Assembly: GCA_030390025.1 (NCBI GenBank)
Contig: CM059433.1
Location: forward strand, 18,788,001-18,852,000
DNA: 64,000 bases
Source: Squalus acanthias
Taxonomy: Eukaryota
Reading direction: 5' to 3'
Positions 1-14,700 of the stretch are shown piece after piece (within the stretch, counting starts at the first letter, position 1; every line of letters begins with the position of its first letter). The position numbers and the translations under genes are program-made. The notes under the pieces were generated by a model. The model was given only the letters and a program-made list of their open reading frames with translations. It had not been told where the DNA came from and did not search any database.

Positions 1-63
1 TCACCTTCTTCAACTCTGAAACAGCAGCAGTTCCCTTTGGAATCCCGCCACCTGACAACTTAC

Positions 64-147
64 CACAGTTGCTGCGCCTGTTTGATATGGTTGAAATTAG
101 CGCATCGCATGCAAGGAGTGTGAAAGCTGGGATTTTGCGGGCTCCCG
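64..147 (-). CDS. Candidate exon F of unnamed minus-strand gene ((S)GSPQNPSFHTPCMRCANFNHIKQAQQL)
   Basis: Consensus donor TG|GTAAGT at 63-58; acceptor ttatttcttgtcaag; open in phase 2->2. Alternative upstream acceptors exist in the same frame. Confidence 0.35.
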
Positions 148-377
148 CTTGACAAGAAATAACGAGCTAACGCCAGGGTTAATACACAGTATAGGTGCTG
201 GAGTGCACAGAAAGCAAGACGCCGCAACAGCAACTTTGGAACAGCTGGAAACGGGATGAGAATTGCCTGAAACGAGGAACTCCCCCAAATATTGGTCAGC
301 AATGTTCAAGTGCCACTGGCATAAACCTTCACACTGACAGCAATTTCTAGTTATAACGTCCACATTTTAAAAAGAAA

Positions 378-918
378 ATTGTTTATGGGATGTGGGCGTC
401 GCTGACAAAGCCAGCATTTATTGCCCATCCCTAATTGCCCTCGAGAAGGTGGTGGTGAGCCGCCGCCTTGAACCGCTGCAGTCCGTGTGGTGAAGGTACT
501 CCCACAGTGCTGTTAGGGAGGGAGTTCCAGGATTTTGACCCAGCGACGATGAAGGAACGGCGATATACTTCTAAGTCGGAATGGTGTGTGACTTGGAGGG
601 GAACTTGGAGGTGGTGGTGTTCCCATGTGCCTGCTGCCCCTGTCTTTCTAGGTGGTAGAGGTCGCGGGTTTAGGAGGTGCTGTTGAAGAAGCCTTGGCGA
701 GTTGCTGCAGTGCATCTTGTAGATGGTACACACTGCAGCCACGGTGCGCCGGTGGTGGAAGGAGTGAATGTTTAAGGTGGTGGATGGGGTGCCAATCAAG
801 CGGGCTGCTTTATCCTGGATGGTGTTGAGCTTCTTGAGTGTTGTTGGAGCTGCACTCATCCAGGCAAGTGGAGAGTATTCCATCACACTCCTGACTTGTG
901 CCTTGTAGATGGTGGAAA
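378..918 (-). mobile_element. 3' fragment of CR1/L2-group LINE 'family B'
   Basis: Matches copies at 7462, 17108, 53506 and the RT-bearing copy at 62545; shared 3' end gggatgggcaataaatgctgg...gcccacatccc. Confidence 0.9.
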
Positions 919-939
919 GTATTTGTTAATACTTCCAAC

Positions 940-1012
940 CTCATCTCTATTGGAGGTTTATGCAATCCTGTTACATGCCTGTTACAATGTGTTGTGAGTC
1001 CTTGTGTTAAAT
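940..1012 (-). CDS. Candidate exon E ((D)LTQGLTTHCNRHVTGLHKPPIEM)
   Basis: Acceptor gtgtttttacag; open in phase 1, matching exon D; donor AG|GTTGGA (alternative GAA|GTATTA, exon end 933). Confidence 0.4.
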
Positions 1013-2229
1013 CTGTAAAAACACAATTATGACACAAACAATTTTTGTACAAGGTGGGGTAGATGGTCTCAGTGGAAGCACGTTTTTGTAAGATTTACAT
1101 TGTTGGGTACGTCCATATTTTGGCATTTCTCAACTTGTCTTCATGACTTACGTTACATGTGATGGAAAATCCTCAACACACACAACGGGATTTCATTTGG
1201 ATTGCTAGTGATGAGTAATAAAATCTGGATGCAATATTTGAACCGCTGAAAGTGTCTTCAGTCACAGTGTGCATTCCTTCCTGCTTTTGACAGACTATGC
1301 TAACAGTGTTTTGTATTAGGCAGGAAAAAGTGAATATCTGGAATAAATTAGATGAATGTTTGAACTCCATATCAGTATGTGGTATTAATCATGTGTATCC
1401 ACGCTCATGGACTGGAAAGATAGATAGAAATTCAAACAGAAAAAAAAATTGTTTATTCTATTCATTTAATTTCAGGTGCAAGATATTTCAGATATCAAAA
1501 CGAATATTATCACAGTCCTGGAACAAATTATATCTACTTGAGACAGCAGAAATGCCTTCAAAAGAACCAACATAATTGAAAATTATATAAGAAATTGGAG
1601 GTATAATTCAATTACGTGAGTTTTTGAGGAACATTTATTCAGTTACTGCATATACTTATAATGATACTTGGAGGTGTTCATTTGCATTTTGATTGATGAC
1701 TCAAAACTTCTTAACAACCAAATGTTCTATAGCATTTTGGCTTCATAAATAAAATAATTTTAACGTGTATTTTTGTGTTCTTTACCAAGAATGTTTCTTA
1801 AGGTATCATTGTGTCTTGATAGGTTAGACGTTGTCTTGGTTACCATAATTCTTGTTCTATTTTGATAGACTGTGCACCAGTCTATTTGAGTACATGAATG
1901 CTATTAGGCCTCAAAACTAATAATACCTTATCGCTCCATCAAACATCACCCTTCATTGGTTAGGTGTGGCATAATCTGCTTCTGGTTACGTAGAGTAATC
2001 TTTAAGGAAAGCATTTTCCAGAATGTCTTATCAGTTCATTAAGCATCACTGCTAATTGATTGCGAGTGCCATCATAGTGGGAAATATTATGGCTAATAGC
2101 GCAGTGGAAGTAAAATATTTCTTTGAGCCACCTCCTTTCAACCAAAGCTGAAAAACACCCTTCCTGTTACAACAAAGAGCAGACAATAGCCACGTTTATG
2201 GTCACCTTTATCGAGCATTTACAGACATG

Positions 2230-3150
2230 AATACTTTTAAGGTGATTGGCAGAAGAACCAAAGGCGACATGAGGAAAAACTTTTTTACGCAGCGAGTGGT
2301 TAGGATCTGGAACGCACTGAAAGGGCGGTGGAGGCAGATTCAATCGTGGTTTTCAAAAGGCAGTTGGATAAGTACCTGGAGGAAAACAAATTTGCCGGGC
2401 TACAGGGAAAGGGCGGGGGAGTGGGACTAGCTGAAGTGTTCTTGCAGAGAGCCGGCACGGGCTCGACGGGCCAAATGGCTTCCTTCTGTGCTGTAACCAT
2501 TCGATGATTCTATCATCCTCCACAAAAATGTTCCTGCCAGACCCTCTGCAGTTCCCCTCCACCCTCATCTGCAAACGCCTGGTGCCCCCACCGACCCCCA
2601 CCCCCCCACCCCCCCCCACCTAATTGCATCCAGTTCTGATCACCACACTTTAGGAAGGATGTGAAGGCGCTTGAGAGGGTGCAGAGATTTACCAGAATGG
2701 TTCTGGGGATGGGGGATCTTAACTACAAGGACAGGTTGGAGAAGCTGGATTTGTTTTCATTAGAGCAAAGGAGGTTGCGGGGTGATTTGATAGAGGTATA
2801 CAAGATTATGACGTGTATGGATAGGCTAGACGGGGAAAGGCGGCTCCCACTAGTTGATGGTACAAGGACTAGGGGACACAGATTTAAGGTTTTGGCCAAG
2901 AGATACAGGGGGGATGTGAGGAAAAACTTTTTTACGCAGCGAGTGGTGAGGACCTGGAACTCGGTGCCGACGGAAGTGGTGGAAGTGGAGACACTCAATG
3001 TTTTCAAGGGCAGACTGGATAAGCACTTGAGGGAAATAAACCTGCAGGGCTACGGGGATAGAGTGGGGGAATGGGAGTGACTGGATTGCTCTACAGAGAG
3101 CTGGCACGGAATTGATGGGCCGACTGGCCTCCTTCTGTGCCGGAAATACT
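2230..3150 (+). mobile_element. Two adjacent CR1 3' fragments (about 2230-2515 and 2620-3150)
   Basis: CR1 ORF2 C-terminal motifs RRLRGDLIEVYKI, TRGH, RKNFFTQRVV..WN; ATTCTAT-type tail at about 2507. Confidence 0.9.
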
Positions 3151-3419
3151 ACTGGGGTTAGCTCTGTGGAGGAGCTGCTGGATTTCTCCCCCCACCCCCA
3201 CCCGCACCCACCACCCCACATTCGGTGCGTCTTTCAGTGCTCCAAATGCGCAGGCAGCTGACCGAGATTATTTTTATGAAGCCCAACCATGAAAATGGTT
3301 CAGGCCTCCGCTGAAGAGCATTGGGTGAGGGGTGGGCGGAATGAGCCCACCCACTGCCCGATAAATGGGGTCACATGAAAATCGACCCCATGATCTTACC
3401 ACCGTATCATAATGTCATG

Positions 3420-6400
3420 GAGAGGGATTCAAATTCCTGGGGCATTGGAACCGGTTCTGGGGGAGGTGGGACCAGTACAAACCGGACGGTCTGCACCTGG
3501 GCAGGGCCGGGACCAATGTCCCAGGGGGAGTGTTTGCTAGTGCTCTGGGGGAGGGTTTAAACTAAAATGGCAGGGGGTTGGGAACCTGAGCAGGGAGACA
3601 GACGAAAGGGAAACAAGGATAAAAGCAAAAGATAGGAAGGAGAAAAACAAAAGTTGTAGTCAGAGAAAACAATGGTTTAAATCAAACATGGCCACAGTAA
3701 ATACTAATTCTAATAGGTCTAAGAGCATTAAAAAAACAAGCCTGAAGGCTTTGTGTCTTAATGCAGGGAGCATTCGGAACAAGGTGGACAAATTAGCTGC
3801 GCAAATAGAGGTAAACGAATATGATTTGATTGGGATTACCGAAACATGGCTCCAGGGTGGCCAAGGCTGGGAACTTAATATCCAGGGGTACTCAATATTC
3901 AGGAAAGATAGGCAAAAAGGAAAGGGAGGTGGGGTAGCATTGCTGGTTAAAGAGGGGATTAACACAATTGAAGGGAAGGATATTAGCTCTGATGATGTGG
4001 AATCTGTATGGGTTGAACTGAGAAATAACAAGGGGCAGAAAACGTTAGTGGGAGTGATATATAGACCTCCAAACAGTAATGCGGAGGTTGGGGATGGCAT
4101 TAAAAGGGAAATTAGAGAAGCGTGCAATAAGGGCACAGCAGTCATCATGGGTGACTTTAATCTACATATAGATTGGGCTAACCAAATTAGTAACAATACT
4201 ATGGAGGTGGAATTCCTGGAGTGTTTACGGGATGGTTTCCTGGACCAATATGTCGAGGAACCAACCAGAGATCAGGCCATCTTAGACTGGGTATTATGCA
4301 ATGAGAAAGGATTAATTAGCAATCTTGTTGTGTGAGGCCCCTTGGGTCGGAGCGATCATAATATGATAGAATTCTTCATTAGGATGGAGAGTGAAGTAGT
4401 TGACTCAGAGACTAGGGTCCTGAATTTAAATAAAGGAAACTACGATGGTATGAGGTGCGAGTTGGGTAGGATTGATTGGGGAATGTCACTCAAAGGGTTG
4501 ACGGTGGATAGGCAATGGCAAACATTCAAAGACCGCATGGACGAACTACAGAATTTGTTCATCCCAGTTTGGCATAAGAATAAAACAAAAAGGGTGACTC
4601 AACCATGGCTAACAAGGGAAATTAGGGATAGCATAAGATCCAAAGGAGAGGGCATATAAATTGGCCATAAAAAGCAGTAACCCTGTGGATTGAGAGCAGT
4701 TTACGATTCAACAAAGGAGGACAAAGGGATTAATTAAGAAGGGAAAAATAGAATACGAGAGTAAGCTTGCAGGGAACATAAAAACTGACTGTAAAAGCTT
4801 TTATAGATATGTGAAGAGAAAAAGATTAGTGAAATCAAGCATAGGTCCCTTGCAGTCAGAATCAGGGGAACTTATAATGGGGAACAAAGAAATGTCAGAC
4901 CAATTAAATACATATTTTGGTTCTGTCTTCACAAAGGAGGACACAAATAACCTCCCAGAGATGTTGGGGAACATAGGGTCTGATGAAAGGGAGGAACTGA
5001 AAGAAATCAGTATTTGTAGGGAAATGGTGTTAGGGAAATTGAAGGGATTGAAGGCCGATAAATCCCCAGGGCCTGATAATCTACATCCTAGGGTACTTAA
5101 GGAAGTGGCCCTAGAAATAGTAGATGCATTGCTGATCATCTTCCAACATTCGATGGAATCTGGAACTGTACCCATGGATTGAAGGGTAGCTAATGTTACC
5201 CCACTATTCAAAAAGGGTGGTAGAGAGAAAGCGGGGAATTACAGACCGGTAAGCCTGACATCGGTAGTGGGGAAAATGCTAGAGTCCATTATAAAGGATG
5301 TAATAGCTGAGCATTTGAAAAACAGTGACAGGATCGGACAAAGTCAACATGGATTTACAAAAGGTAAATCATGCTTGACTAATCTACTGGAATTTTTTGA
5401 GGATGTAACTGGTAAAATAGATAAGGGAGAACCAGTGGATGTGGTGTATTTGGACTTCCAAAAGGCCTTTGATAAGGTCCCGCATAAGAGATTAGCATGT
5501 AAAGTTAAGGCACATGGGATTGGGGGCAAGGTATTGACTTGGATAGAGAGCTGGTTGGCAGACAGAAAGCAAAGAGTTGCAATAAACGGGTCTTTTTCCG
5601 AGTGGCAGGCAGTGACTAGTGGGGTACCGCAGGGATCGGTCCTTGGACTCCAGCTATTCACAATATATATTAATGATCTCGACAAGGGAACTAGATGTAA
5701 TATCTCCAAGTTTGCAGACGACACAAAACTGGGTGGGCGTGTGTGCTGCGAGGAGGATGCTGAGAAACTCCAGGATGATTTGGACAGGTTGGGTGAGTGG
5801 GCAGAAGCGTGGCAGATGCAATATAACGTGGATAAATGCGAGGTTATCCACTTTGGTGTCAAAAACAGAAAGGCAGATTATTATCTGAATGGCAATAGAT
5901 TGGGAGAAGGGGAAGTGCAACGAGACCTGGGTGTCCTTGTGCACCAGTCGCTGAAGGTAAGCATGCAGGTGCAGCAGGCGGTTAAGAAGGCAAATGGTAT
6001 GTTGGCCTTCATAGCGAGAGGGTTTGAGTACAGGAACAAGGATGTCTTGCTGCAGTTGTACAGGGCCTTGGTGAGACCACACCTTGAGTACTGTGTGCAG
6101 TTTTGGTCGCCTTATCTGAGGAAGGATGTTCTTGCCATGGAAGAAGTTCAGCGAAAATTCACAAGGCTGATACCTGGGATGGCAGGAATGACGTATGAAG
6201 AGAGATTGGGTCGATTGGGCTTATACTCACTGGAGTTTAGAAGAATGAGAGGGGATCTCATTGAAACTTATAAAATTCTGACAGGACAGGACAAACTAGA
6301 TGCAGGAAGGATGTTCCCGATGGTCGGGGAGTCCAGAACCAGGGGTCACAGTCTAAGGATAAGGGGTAAGCCATTTAGGACAGAAATGAGGAGGAATTTC

Positions 6401-6653
6401 TTCACCCAGAGAGTGGTGAACCTGTGGAATTCTCTGCCACAGAAGGCAGTAGAGGTCAATTCATTAAATAGATTCAAGAAGGAGTTGGATATATTTCTTA
6501 AGGCTAAAGGGATCAAGGGATATGGGGAGAAAGCAGGGACAGGGTACTGAATTTGGATGATCAGCCATGATCGCATTCAATGGCGGAGCAGGCTAGAGGG
6601 GCCGAATGGCCTACTCCTGCTCCTATCTTCTATGATTCTATGACTCTATGATT
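3420..6653 (+). mobile_element. Near-complete CR1 LINE: ORF1 SGNH-esterase C-terminus, disrupted ORF2 (APE endonuclease + RT), 3' hairpin and (CTATGATT)n tail
   Basis: 3422-3565 reads EGFKFLGHWNRFWGRWDQYKPDGLHLG..N* (DxxH block). EN motifs GITETW, YRPP, MGDFN, SDH. RT motifs YLDFQKAFDKV, GVPQGSVLG, FADD. Stops at about 4333 and 5180, frameshift about 4650. Confidence 0.97.
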
Positions 6654-7189
6654 ATCATTCCTTTAGTCTTCCTTTGCCTTGGCAACCGTTGCAGCAAAAT
6701 AAGATGACATTTGGTCAGACTACATGTGGAGTTTTGTGTCTAGTTCCAAGGAAATACATAAAATTTGAAATATTTTTCATCTCTGCAGAGAGTAGGCTTC
6801 TGCATAACCCTCAGAAAAGTTGTGACATTCCCTCACTTTGATGAGCTTAAATATATTCACTAAAAACGATTTATTTTAACATTCAAAATGTATGTTCTGC
6901 TTGAGTACATTCAATTACTTAAAGACAAAAGAATGTAAGAATTATGGGAACTTTAGGCCAACAAATCCTTTCTCGCCCCCCCAGAGAGCAACCCCAACTA
7001 TCTGCCTATTCAAATATTATTCAATCCTTTCTCTCTTCAGAGACACATCCAATTGTCTCGAATCCATTCACACTGCCCTTTTCAATGGCGTTCCACGGTA
7101 ACTTAGTTACCGTTTGGTTAAAAATGTTTTACATAACTTCCTTTCTTGTTCTTAACTTCCTAATTTTTAACCTGTATTTAACTCTGGTA

Positions 7190-7460
7190 TTTAGGACTTC
7201 AACACAGTGAAATAATTCCTGATTTATTTTTGTCAATTTCCATCATAATCTTGAAGCCTTCAATTAGATCACCTCAAAGTCTCCTCTTTCCCATAAAAGC
7301 CCAAACCCCTCAATCTTACCATATAACTTACTTTACTGATACCCAGAATTATTATTGTGGCTCCCTTCTGTCCCCTCGCAAAGGCATTAATGTCCTTCCT
7401 ATGATTGGGTGACCAGAACTGCATACAGTACTCCAGATGAGATTTAATCAACACCTTGAC
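7190..7460 (-). mobile_element. Old CR1 ORF2 3' fragment
   Basis: HLEYCMQFWSP..RKD motif on minus strand. Confidence 0.7.
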
Positions 7461-7461
7461 A

Positions 7462-8009
7462 TTCCACCATCTACAAGACACATGTCAGGAGTGTGATGGA
7501 ACACTCTCCACTTGCCTGGATGAGTGCAGCTCCAACAACACTCAAGAAGCTTGACACCATCCAAGACAAAGCAGCCCGCTTGATTGGCACCCCATCCACC
7601 ACCTTAAACATTCACTCCCTCTACCACCGGCGTACCGTGGCTGCAGTGTGTACCATCTACAAGATGCACTGCAGCAACTCACCAAGGCTTCTTCGGCAGC
7701 ACCTCCCAAACCCGCGACCTCTACCATCTAGAAGGACAAGGGCAGCAGGCACATGGGAACACCACCACCTGCAAGTTCCCCTCCAAGTCACACACCATCC
7801 TGACTTGGAAGTATATCGCCGTTCCTTCATCGTCGCTGGGTCAAAATCCTGGAACTCCCTCCCTAACAGCACTGTGGGAGTACCTTCACCACACGGACTG
7901 CAGCGGTTCAAGAAGGCGGCTCACCACCACCTTCTCGAGGGCAACTAGGGATGGACAATAAATGCTGGCCTTGCCAGCGACGCCCACATCCCATGAACGA
8001 ATAAAAAAA
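7462..8009 (+). mobile_element. LINE family B 3' fragment
   Basis: MEHSPLAWMSAAPTTLKKLDTIQDKAARLIG; ends AATAAA, hairpin, gaataaaaaaa. Confidence 0.9.
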
Positions 8010-8485
8010 TAGGAAGGATATGTTGGCCTTGAAGATTCCCCAGTATGATACCGGGCTAAAAGGGTTAAATTATGAGGACAGGCTTCATGGACTAGGCTTG
8101 TATTCCCTTAAATATAGAAGATTAAAGGGTAATCTAATTGAAGTGTTGAGATGATTAAAAGATTTGAGAACAACTATTTTCTCTGGTGGGAGAATCCAGA
8201 ACAAGGTGACATAACCTTAGAATTAGAGCCAGGCCGTTCAGGGGTGATGTCAGGAAGCACTTCTTCACACAAAGGCTAGTGGAAATCTGGAACTCTCTCC
8301 CTCAAAAAGCTGTTGAGGCTCAGTGAACTGACAATTTCAAAACTGAGTGATAGATTTTTGTAATGTTAAGGGTTACGGAACCAAGGCGGATAGATGGAGT
8401 TAAGAGTCAGATTAGCCGCGATCTAATTGAATGGCGGAACAGGCTCAAGGAGCTGAATGGCCTACTCCTGTTCCTATGTTCCTGT
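8010..8485 (+). mobile_element. CR1 3' fragment (same subfamily as 44865-45528)
   Basis: cacttcttcacacaaaggctagtggaaatctggaac and tail gttcctatgttcc shared with the 45 kb copy. Confidence 0.8.
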
Positions 8486-8787
8486 GATGGAGGGAGCAAC
8501 AAGATCGACCTGGATGAGCAGAAATGTGATAAAAGGTTAAAAATGCAAACTTAACTTGCACCAATATTCGGGCATTTTGGGAGCATGGAGCAGTAAGTCT
8601 GAGAAATCTGGAATGAAGCAGCTGCCAAAATGCCCTTTGCAAAATTCAAAAACAAATGGGAAAAAAACAACTTTTGAAATCTTATGAGAAGATCAAGAAC
8701 CAGCACCATAAACTGGTAAACGATGTATATCAGTTCTACTTAAAGCATAAAATATTCAGGTCAATAAATAGCTGCCCTTTTACTATT

Positions 8788-11700
8788 TTGAACATCGCGG
8801 GGGGAGAGAATCGGACATCGCGGGGAGAGAGAATTGAACATCGCGGGGGGAGAGAATCGGACATCGCGCGGGGAGAGAATCGGACATCGCGAGGGGAGAA
8901 TCGGACATCGCGGGGGGAGAATCGGACATCGCGGGGGGGAATCGGACATCGCGGGGGGAGAATCGGACATCGCGGGGAGAGAGAATCGGACATCGCGGGG
9001 AGAGAATCGGACATCGCGGGGGGAGAGAATTCGACATCACGGGGAAAGAGAATCGGACATCGCGGGGAGAGAGAATTCGACATCACGGGGAAAGAGAATC
9101 GGACATCGCGGGGGGAGCGAATTCGACATCACGGGGAAAGAGAATCGGACATCGCGGGGAGAGAGAATCGGACATCGCGGGGAGAGAATCGGACATCGCG
9201 GGGGGAGAATCGGAAATCGCGGGAGGAGAATCGGACATCGCGGGGAGAGAATCGGACATCGCGGGGAGAGAGAATCGGACATCGCGGGGGGAGAGAATCG
9301 GACATCGCGGGGGAAAATCAGACATCGCGGGGAGAGAATCGGACATCGCGGGGGAGAATCGGACATCGCGGGGGGAGAATCGGACATCGCGGGGGGAGAA
9401 TCAGACATCGCGGGGAGAGAATCGGACATCGCGGGGGGAGAATCGGACATCGCGGGAGGAGAATCGGACATCGCGGGGAGAGAATCGGACATCGCGGGGG
9501 AGAGAGAATCAGGACATCGCGGGGGAGAGAATCGGACATCGCGGGGGAGAGAATCAGACATCATGGGGAGAGAATCGGACATCGCGGGGGGAGAATCGGA
9601 CATCGCGGGGGGAGAATCGGACATCGCAGGGGGAGAGAATCGGACATCGCGGGGAGAGAGAATTGAACATCGCGGGGGAGAGAATCGGACATCGCGGGGG
9701 GAGAATCAGACATCGCGGGGAGAGAGAATTGAACATCGCGGGGGGAGAGAATCGGACATCGCGGGGGGAGAATCAGACATCGCGGGGAGAGAGAATTGAA
9801 CATCGCGGGGGGAGAGAATCGGACATCGCGGGGAGAGAGAATTGAACATCGCGGGGGGAGAGAATCGGACATCGCGCGGGGAGAGAATCGGACATCGCGA
9901 GGAGAGAGAATTGAACATCGCGGGGAGAGAGAATCGGACATCGCGGGGAGAGAATCGGACATCGCGAGGGGAGAATCGGACATCGCGGGGAGAGAGAATT
10001 GAACATCGCGGGGAGAGAATCGGACATCGCAGGGGGGGAGAATCGGACATCGCGAGGGGAGAATTGAACATCGCGGGGAGAGAGAATCGGACATCGCGGG
10101 GAGAGAATCGGACATCGCGGGGGGAGAATCGGACATCGCGAGGGGAGAATCGGACATCGCGGGGAGAGAATCGGACATCGCAGGAGGGGAGAATCGGACA
10201 TCGCGGGGAGAGAATCGGACATCGTGGGGAGAGAGAATCGGACATCGCGGGGGGAGAATCGGACATCATGGGGAGAGAGAATCGGACATCGCGGGGAGAG
10301 AATCGGACATCGCGGGGGGAGAATCGGACATCTTGGGGAGAGAGAATCGGACATCGCGGGGGGAGAGAATCGAACATCGCGGGGGGAGAGAATCGGACAT
10401 CGCGGGGAGAGAGAATCGGACATCGCGGGGGGAGAATCGGACATCGCGGGGGGAGATTCGGACATCGCGGGGAGAGAATCAGACATCGCGAGGGGAGAAT
10501 CAGACATCGCGAGGGGAGAATCGGACATCGCGGGGAGAGAATCGGACATCGCGGGGGGAGAATCGGACATCGCGAGGGGAGAATTGAACATCGCGGGGAG
10601 AGAAATCGGACATCGCGGGGAGAGAATCGGACATCGCGGGGGAGAGAATCGGACATCGCAGGGGGAGAGAATCGGACATCGCGGGGGAGAGAATCGGACA
10701 TCGCGGGGGAGAGAATCGGACATCGCGGGGAGAGAGAATCGGACATCGCGGGGAGAGAGAATCGGACATCGCGGGGAGAGAATCGGACATCGCGGGGGAG
10801 AGAATCGGACATCGCGGGGGAGAGAATCGGACATCGCGGGGGAGAGAATCGGACATCGCGGGGAGAGAGAATCGGACATCGCGGGGAGAGAATCGGACAT
10901 CGCGGGGAGAGAATCGGACATCGCGGGGAGAGAATCGGACATCGCGGGGGAGAATCGGACATCGCGGGGGAGAGAATCGGACATCGCGGGGGGAGAATCG
11001 GACATCGCGGGGGGAGAATCGGACATCGCGGGGAGAGAATCGGACATCGCGGGGAGAGAATCGGACATCGCGGGGGAGAGAATCGGACATCGCGGGGGAG
11101 AGAATCGGACATCGCGGGGGAGAGAATCGGACATCGCGGGGAGAGAGAATCGGACATCGCGGGGAGAGAATCGGACATCGCGGGGGGAGAATCGGACATC
11201 GCGGGGGAGAGAATCGGACATCGCGGGGAGAGAGAATCGGACATCGCGGGGGAGAATCGGACATCGCGGGGAGAGAGAATCGGACATCGCGGGGAGAGAA
11301 TCGGACATCGCGGGGAGAGAGAATCGGACATCGCGGGAGAGAGAATCGGACATCGCGGGGGAGAGAATCGGACATCGCGGGGAGAGAATCGGACATCGCG
11401 GGGAGAGAATCGGACATCGCGGGGGAGAGAATCGGACATCGCGGGGAGAGAATCGGACATCGCGGGGAGAGAGAATCGGACATCGCGGGGAGAGAATCGG
11501 ACATCGCGGGGGAGAGAATCGGACATCGCGGGGGAGAATCGGACATCGCGGGGAGAGAGAATCGGACATCGCGGGGGAGAGAATCGGACATCGCGGGGAG
11601 AGAATCGGACATCGCGGGGAGAGAATCGGACATCGCGGGGAGAGAATCGGACATCGCGGGGAGAGAATCGGACATCGCGGGGAGAGAATCGGACATCGCG

Positions 11701-14700
11701 GGGAGAGAATCGGACATCGCGGGGAGAGAGAATCGGACATCGCGGGGGGAGAATCGGACATCGCGGGAGAGAATCGGACATCGCGGGGGAGAGAATCGGA
11801 CATCGCGGGGAGAGAGAATCGGACATCGCGGGGAGAGAATCGGACATCGCGGGGAGAGAGAATCGGACATCGCGGGGGAGAGAATCGGACATCGCGGGGA
11901 GAGAATCGGACATCGCGGGGGGAGAATCGGACATCGCGGGGAGAGAATCGGACATCGCGGGGAGAGAGAATCGGACATCGCGGGGAGAGAATCGGACATC
12001 GCGGGGGGAGAATCGGACATCGCGGGGAGAGAGAATCGGACATCGCGGGGGGAGAGAATCGGACATCGCGGGGGAGAGAATCGGACATCGCGGGGAGAGA
12101 ATCGGACATCGCGGGGAGAGAATCGGACATCGCGGGGGAGAGAATCGGACATCGCGGGGGGAAGAGAATCGGACATCGCGGGGGAGAATCGGACATCGCG
12201 GGGAGAGAGAATCGGACATCGCGGGGAGAGAATCGGACATCGGGGGAAGAGAATCGGACATCGCGGGGAGAGAGAATCGGACATCGCGGGGGGAGAGAAT
12301 CGGACATCGCGGGGAGAGATAATCGGATGAGGGAGGGGATCGCGGGGAGAGAGAATCGGACATCGCGGGGGGAGAATCGGACATCGCGGGGGGAGAGAAT
12401 CGGACATCGCGGGGGGAGAATCGGACATCGCGGGGGGAGAATCGGACATCGCGGGGGGGAATCGGACATCGCGGGGGGGAGAATCGGACATCGCGGGGAG
12501 AGAATCGGACATCGCGGGGAAGAATCGGACATCGCGGGGAGAGAATCGGACATCGCGGGGGGAGAGAATCGGACATCGCGGGGGGAGAATCGGACATCGC
12601 GGGGGGAGAATCGGACATCGCGGGGAGAGAATCGGACATCGCGGGGAGAGAGAATCGGACATCGCGGGGGAGAGAATCGGACATCGCGGGAGAGAATCGG
12701 ACATCGCGGGGGAGAGAATCGGACATCGCGGGGAGAGAATCGGACATCCGGGGAGAGAGAATCGGACATCGCGGGGAGGAGAATCGGACATCGCGGGGGG
12801 AGGAGAATCGGACCTCGCGGGGAGAGAATCGGACATCGCGGGGGAGAGAACGACATCTCGGGACGAATCGACAGCCGGGGGAGAATCGGAAATCGCGGGG
12901 AGAGAATCGGACTTCGCGGGGAGAGAATCGGACATCGCGGGGGAGAGAATCGGACATCGCGGGGGAGAGAATCGGACTCGCGGGGAGAGAATCGGACATC
13001 GCGGGGAGAGAATCGGACATCGCGGGGGGAGAGAATCGGACCATCGCGGGGAGAGAGAATCGGACATCGCGGGGGAGAGATCGGACATCGCGGGGAGAGA
13101 ATCGGACATCGCGGGGGAGGAGAATCGGACATCGCGGGGATGCGAATCGCGACATTCGGGGGAGAGAATCGGACATCGCGGGGGAGAGAATCGGACATCG
13201 CGGGGAGAGAGAATCGGACATCGCGGGGGAGAGAATCGGACATCGCGGGGAGAGAGAATCGGACATCGCGGGGGAGAGAATCGGACATCGCGGGGGGAGA
13301 ATCGGACATCGCTGGGGGGAGAATCGGACATCGCGGGGAGAGAATCGGACATCGCGGGGAGAGAGAATCGGACATCGCGGGGAGAGAATCGGACATCGCG
13401 GGGAGAGAATCGGACATCGCGGGGAGAGAGAATCGGACATCGCGGGGAGAGAATCGGACATCGCGGGGGGAGAATCGGACATCGCGGGGGGAGAATCGGA
13501 CATCGCGGGGAGAGAATCGGACATCGCGGGAGAGAGAATCGGACATCGCGGGGAGGAGAATCGGACATCGCGGGGGAGAGAATCGGACATCGCGGGGGAG
13601 AGAATCGGACATCGCGGGGGAGAGAATCGGACATCGCGGGGGAGAGAATCGGACATCGCGGGGGAGAGAATCGGACATCGCGGGGAGAGAATCGGACATC
13701 GCGGGGAGAGAATCGGACATCGCGGGGAGAGAATCGGACATCGCGGGGAGAGAGAATCGGACATCGCGGGGAGAGAATCGGACATCGCGGGGGAGAGAAT
13801 CGGACATTGCGGGGGGAGAGAATCGGACATCGCGGGGGGAGAATCGGACATCGCGGGGAGAGAATCGGACATCGCGGGGGAGAGAATCGGACATCGCGGG
13901 GAGAGAATCGGACATCGCGGGGAGAGAATCGGACATCGCGGGGAGAGAATCGGACATCGCGGGGGAGAATCGGACATCACGGGGGAGAGAATCGGACATC
14001 GCGGGGGGAGAATCGGACATCGCGGGGGGAGAGAATCGGACATCGCTGGGTGAGAATCGAACCTCGCGGGGAGAGAGAATCGGACATCGCGGGGAGAGAA
14101 TCGGACATCACGGGGAGAGAGAATCGGACATCGCGGGGAGAGAGAATCGGACATCGCGGGGGGAGAATCGGACATCGTGGGGGGAGAATCGGACATCGCG
14201 GGGAGAGAATCGGACATCGCGGGGAGAGAGAATCGGACATCGCGGGGAGAGAATCGGACATCACGGGGAGAGAGAATCGGACATCGCGGGGAGAGAGAAT
14301 CGGACATCGCGGGGAGAGAGAATCGGACATCGCGGGGGGAGAATCGGACATCGCGGGGGGATAATCGGACATCGCGGGGAGAGAATCGGACATCGCGGGG
14401 AGAGAATCGGACATCGCGGGGAGGGAGAATCGGACATCGCGGGGGGAGAGAATCGGACATCGCGGGGAGAGAGAATCGGACATCGCGGGGAGAGAATCGG
14501 ACATCGCGGGGAGAGAGAATCGGACATCGCGGGGAGAGAATCGGACATCGCGGGGAGAGAGAATCGGACATCGCGGGGAGAGAATCGGACATCGCGGGGG
14601 GAGAGAATCGGACATTGCGGGGGGAGAGAATCGGACATCGCGAGGAGAGAATCGGACATCGCGGGGAGAGAATTGGACATCGCGGGGAGAGAGAATCGGA

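Noticed and set aside
431..886. Recurrent 151-aa ORF (also 7493, 18621) as a host gene family
   Set aside because: It is the 3' end of LINE family B, linked to an RT at 62544.
3660..6082. Antisense ORFs over CR1 and other LINEs
   Set aside because: Shadow frames of retroelement coding sequence.
12320..13160. Degenerate patch in the satellite as a functional island
   Set aside because: Scattered single-base indels and substitutions look like low-quality consensus or local decay; cannot be judged without reads.
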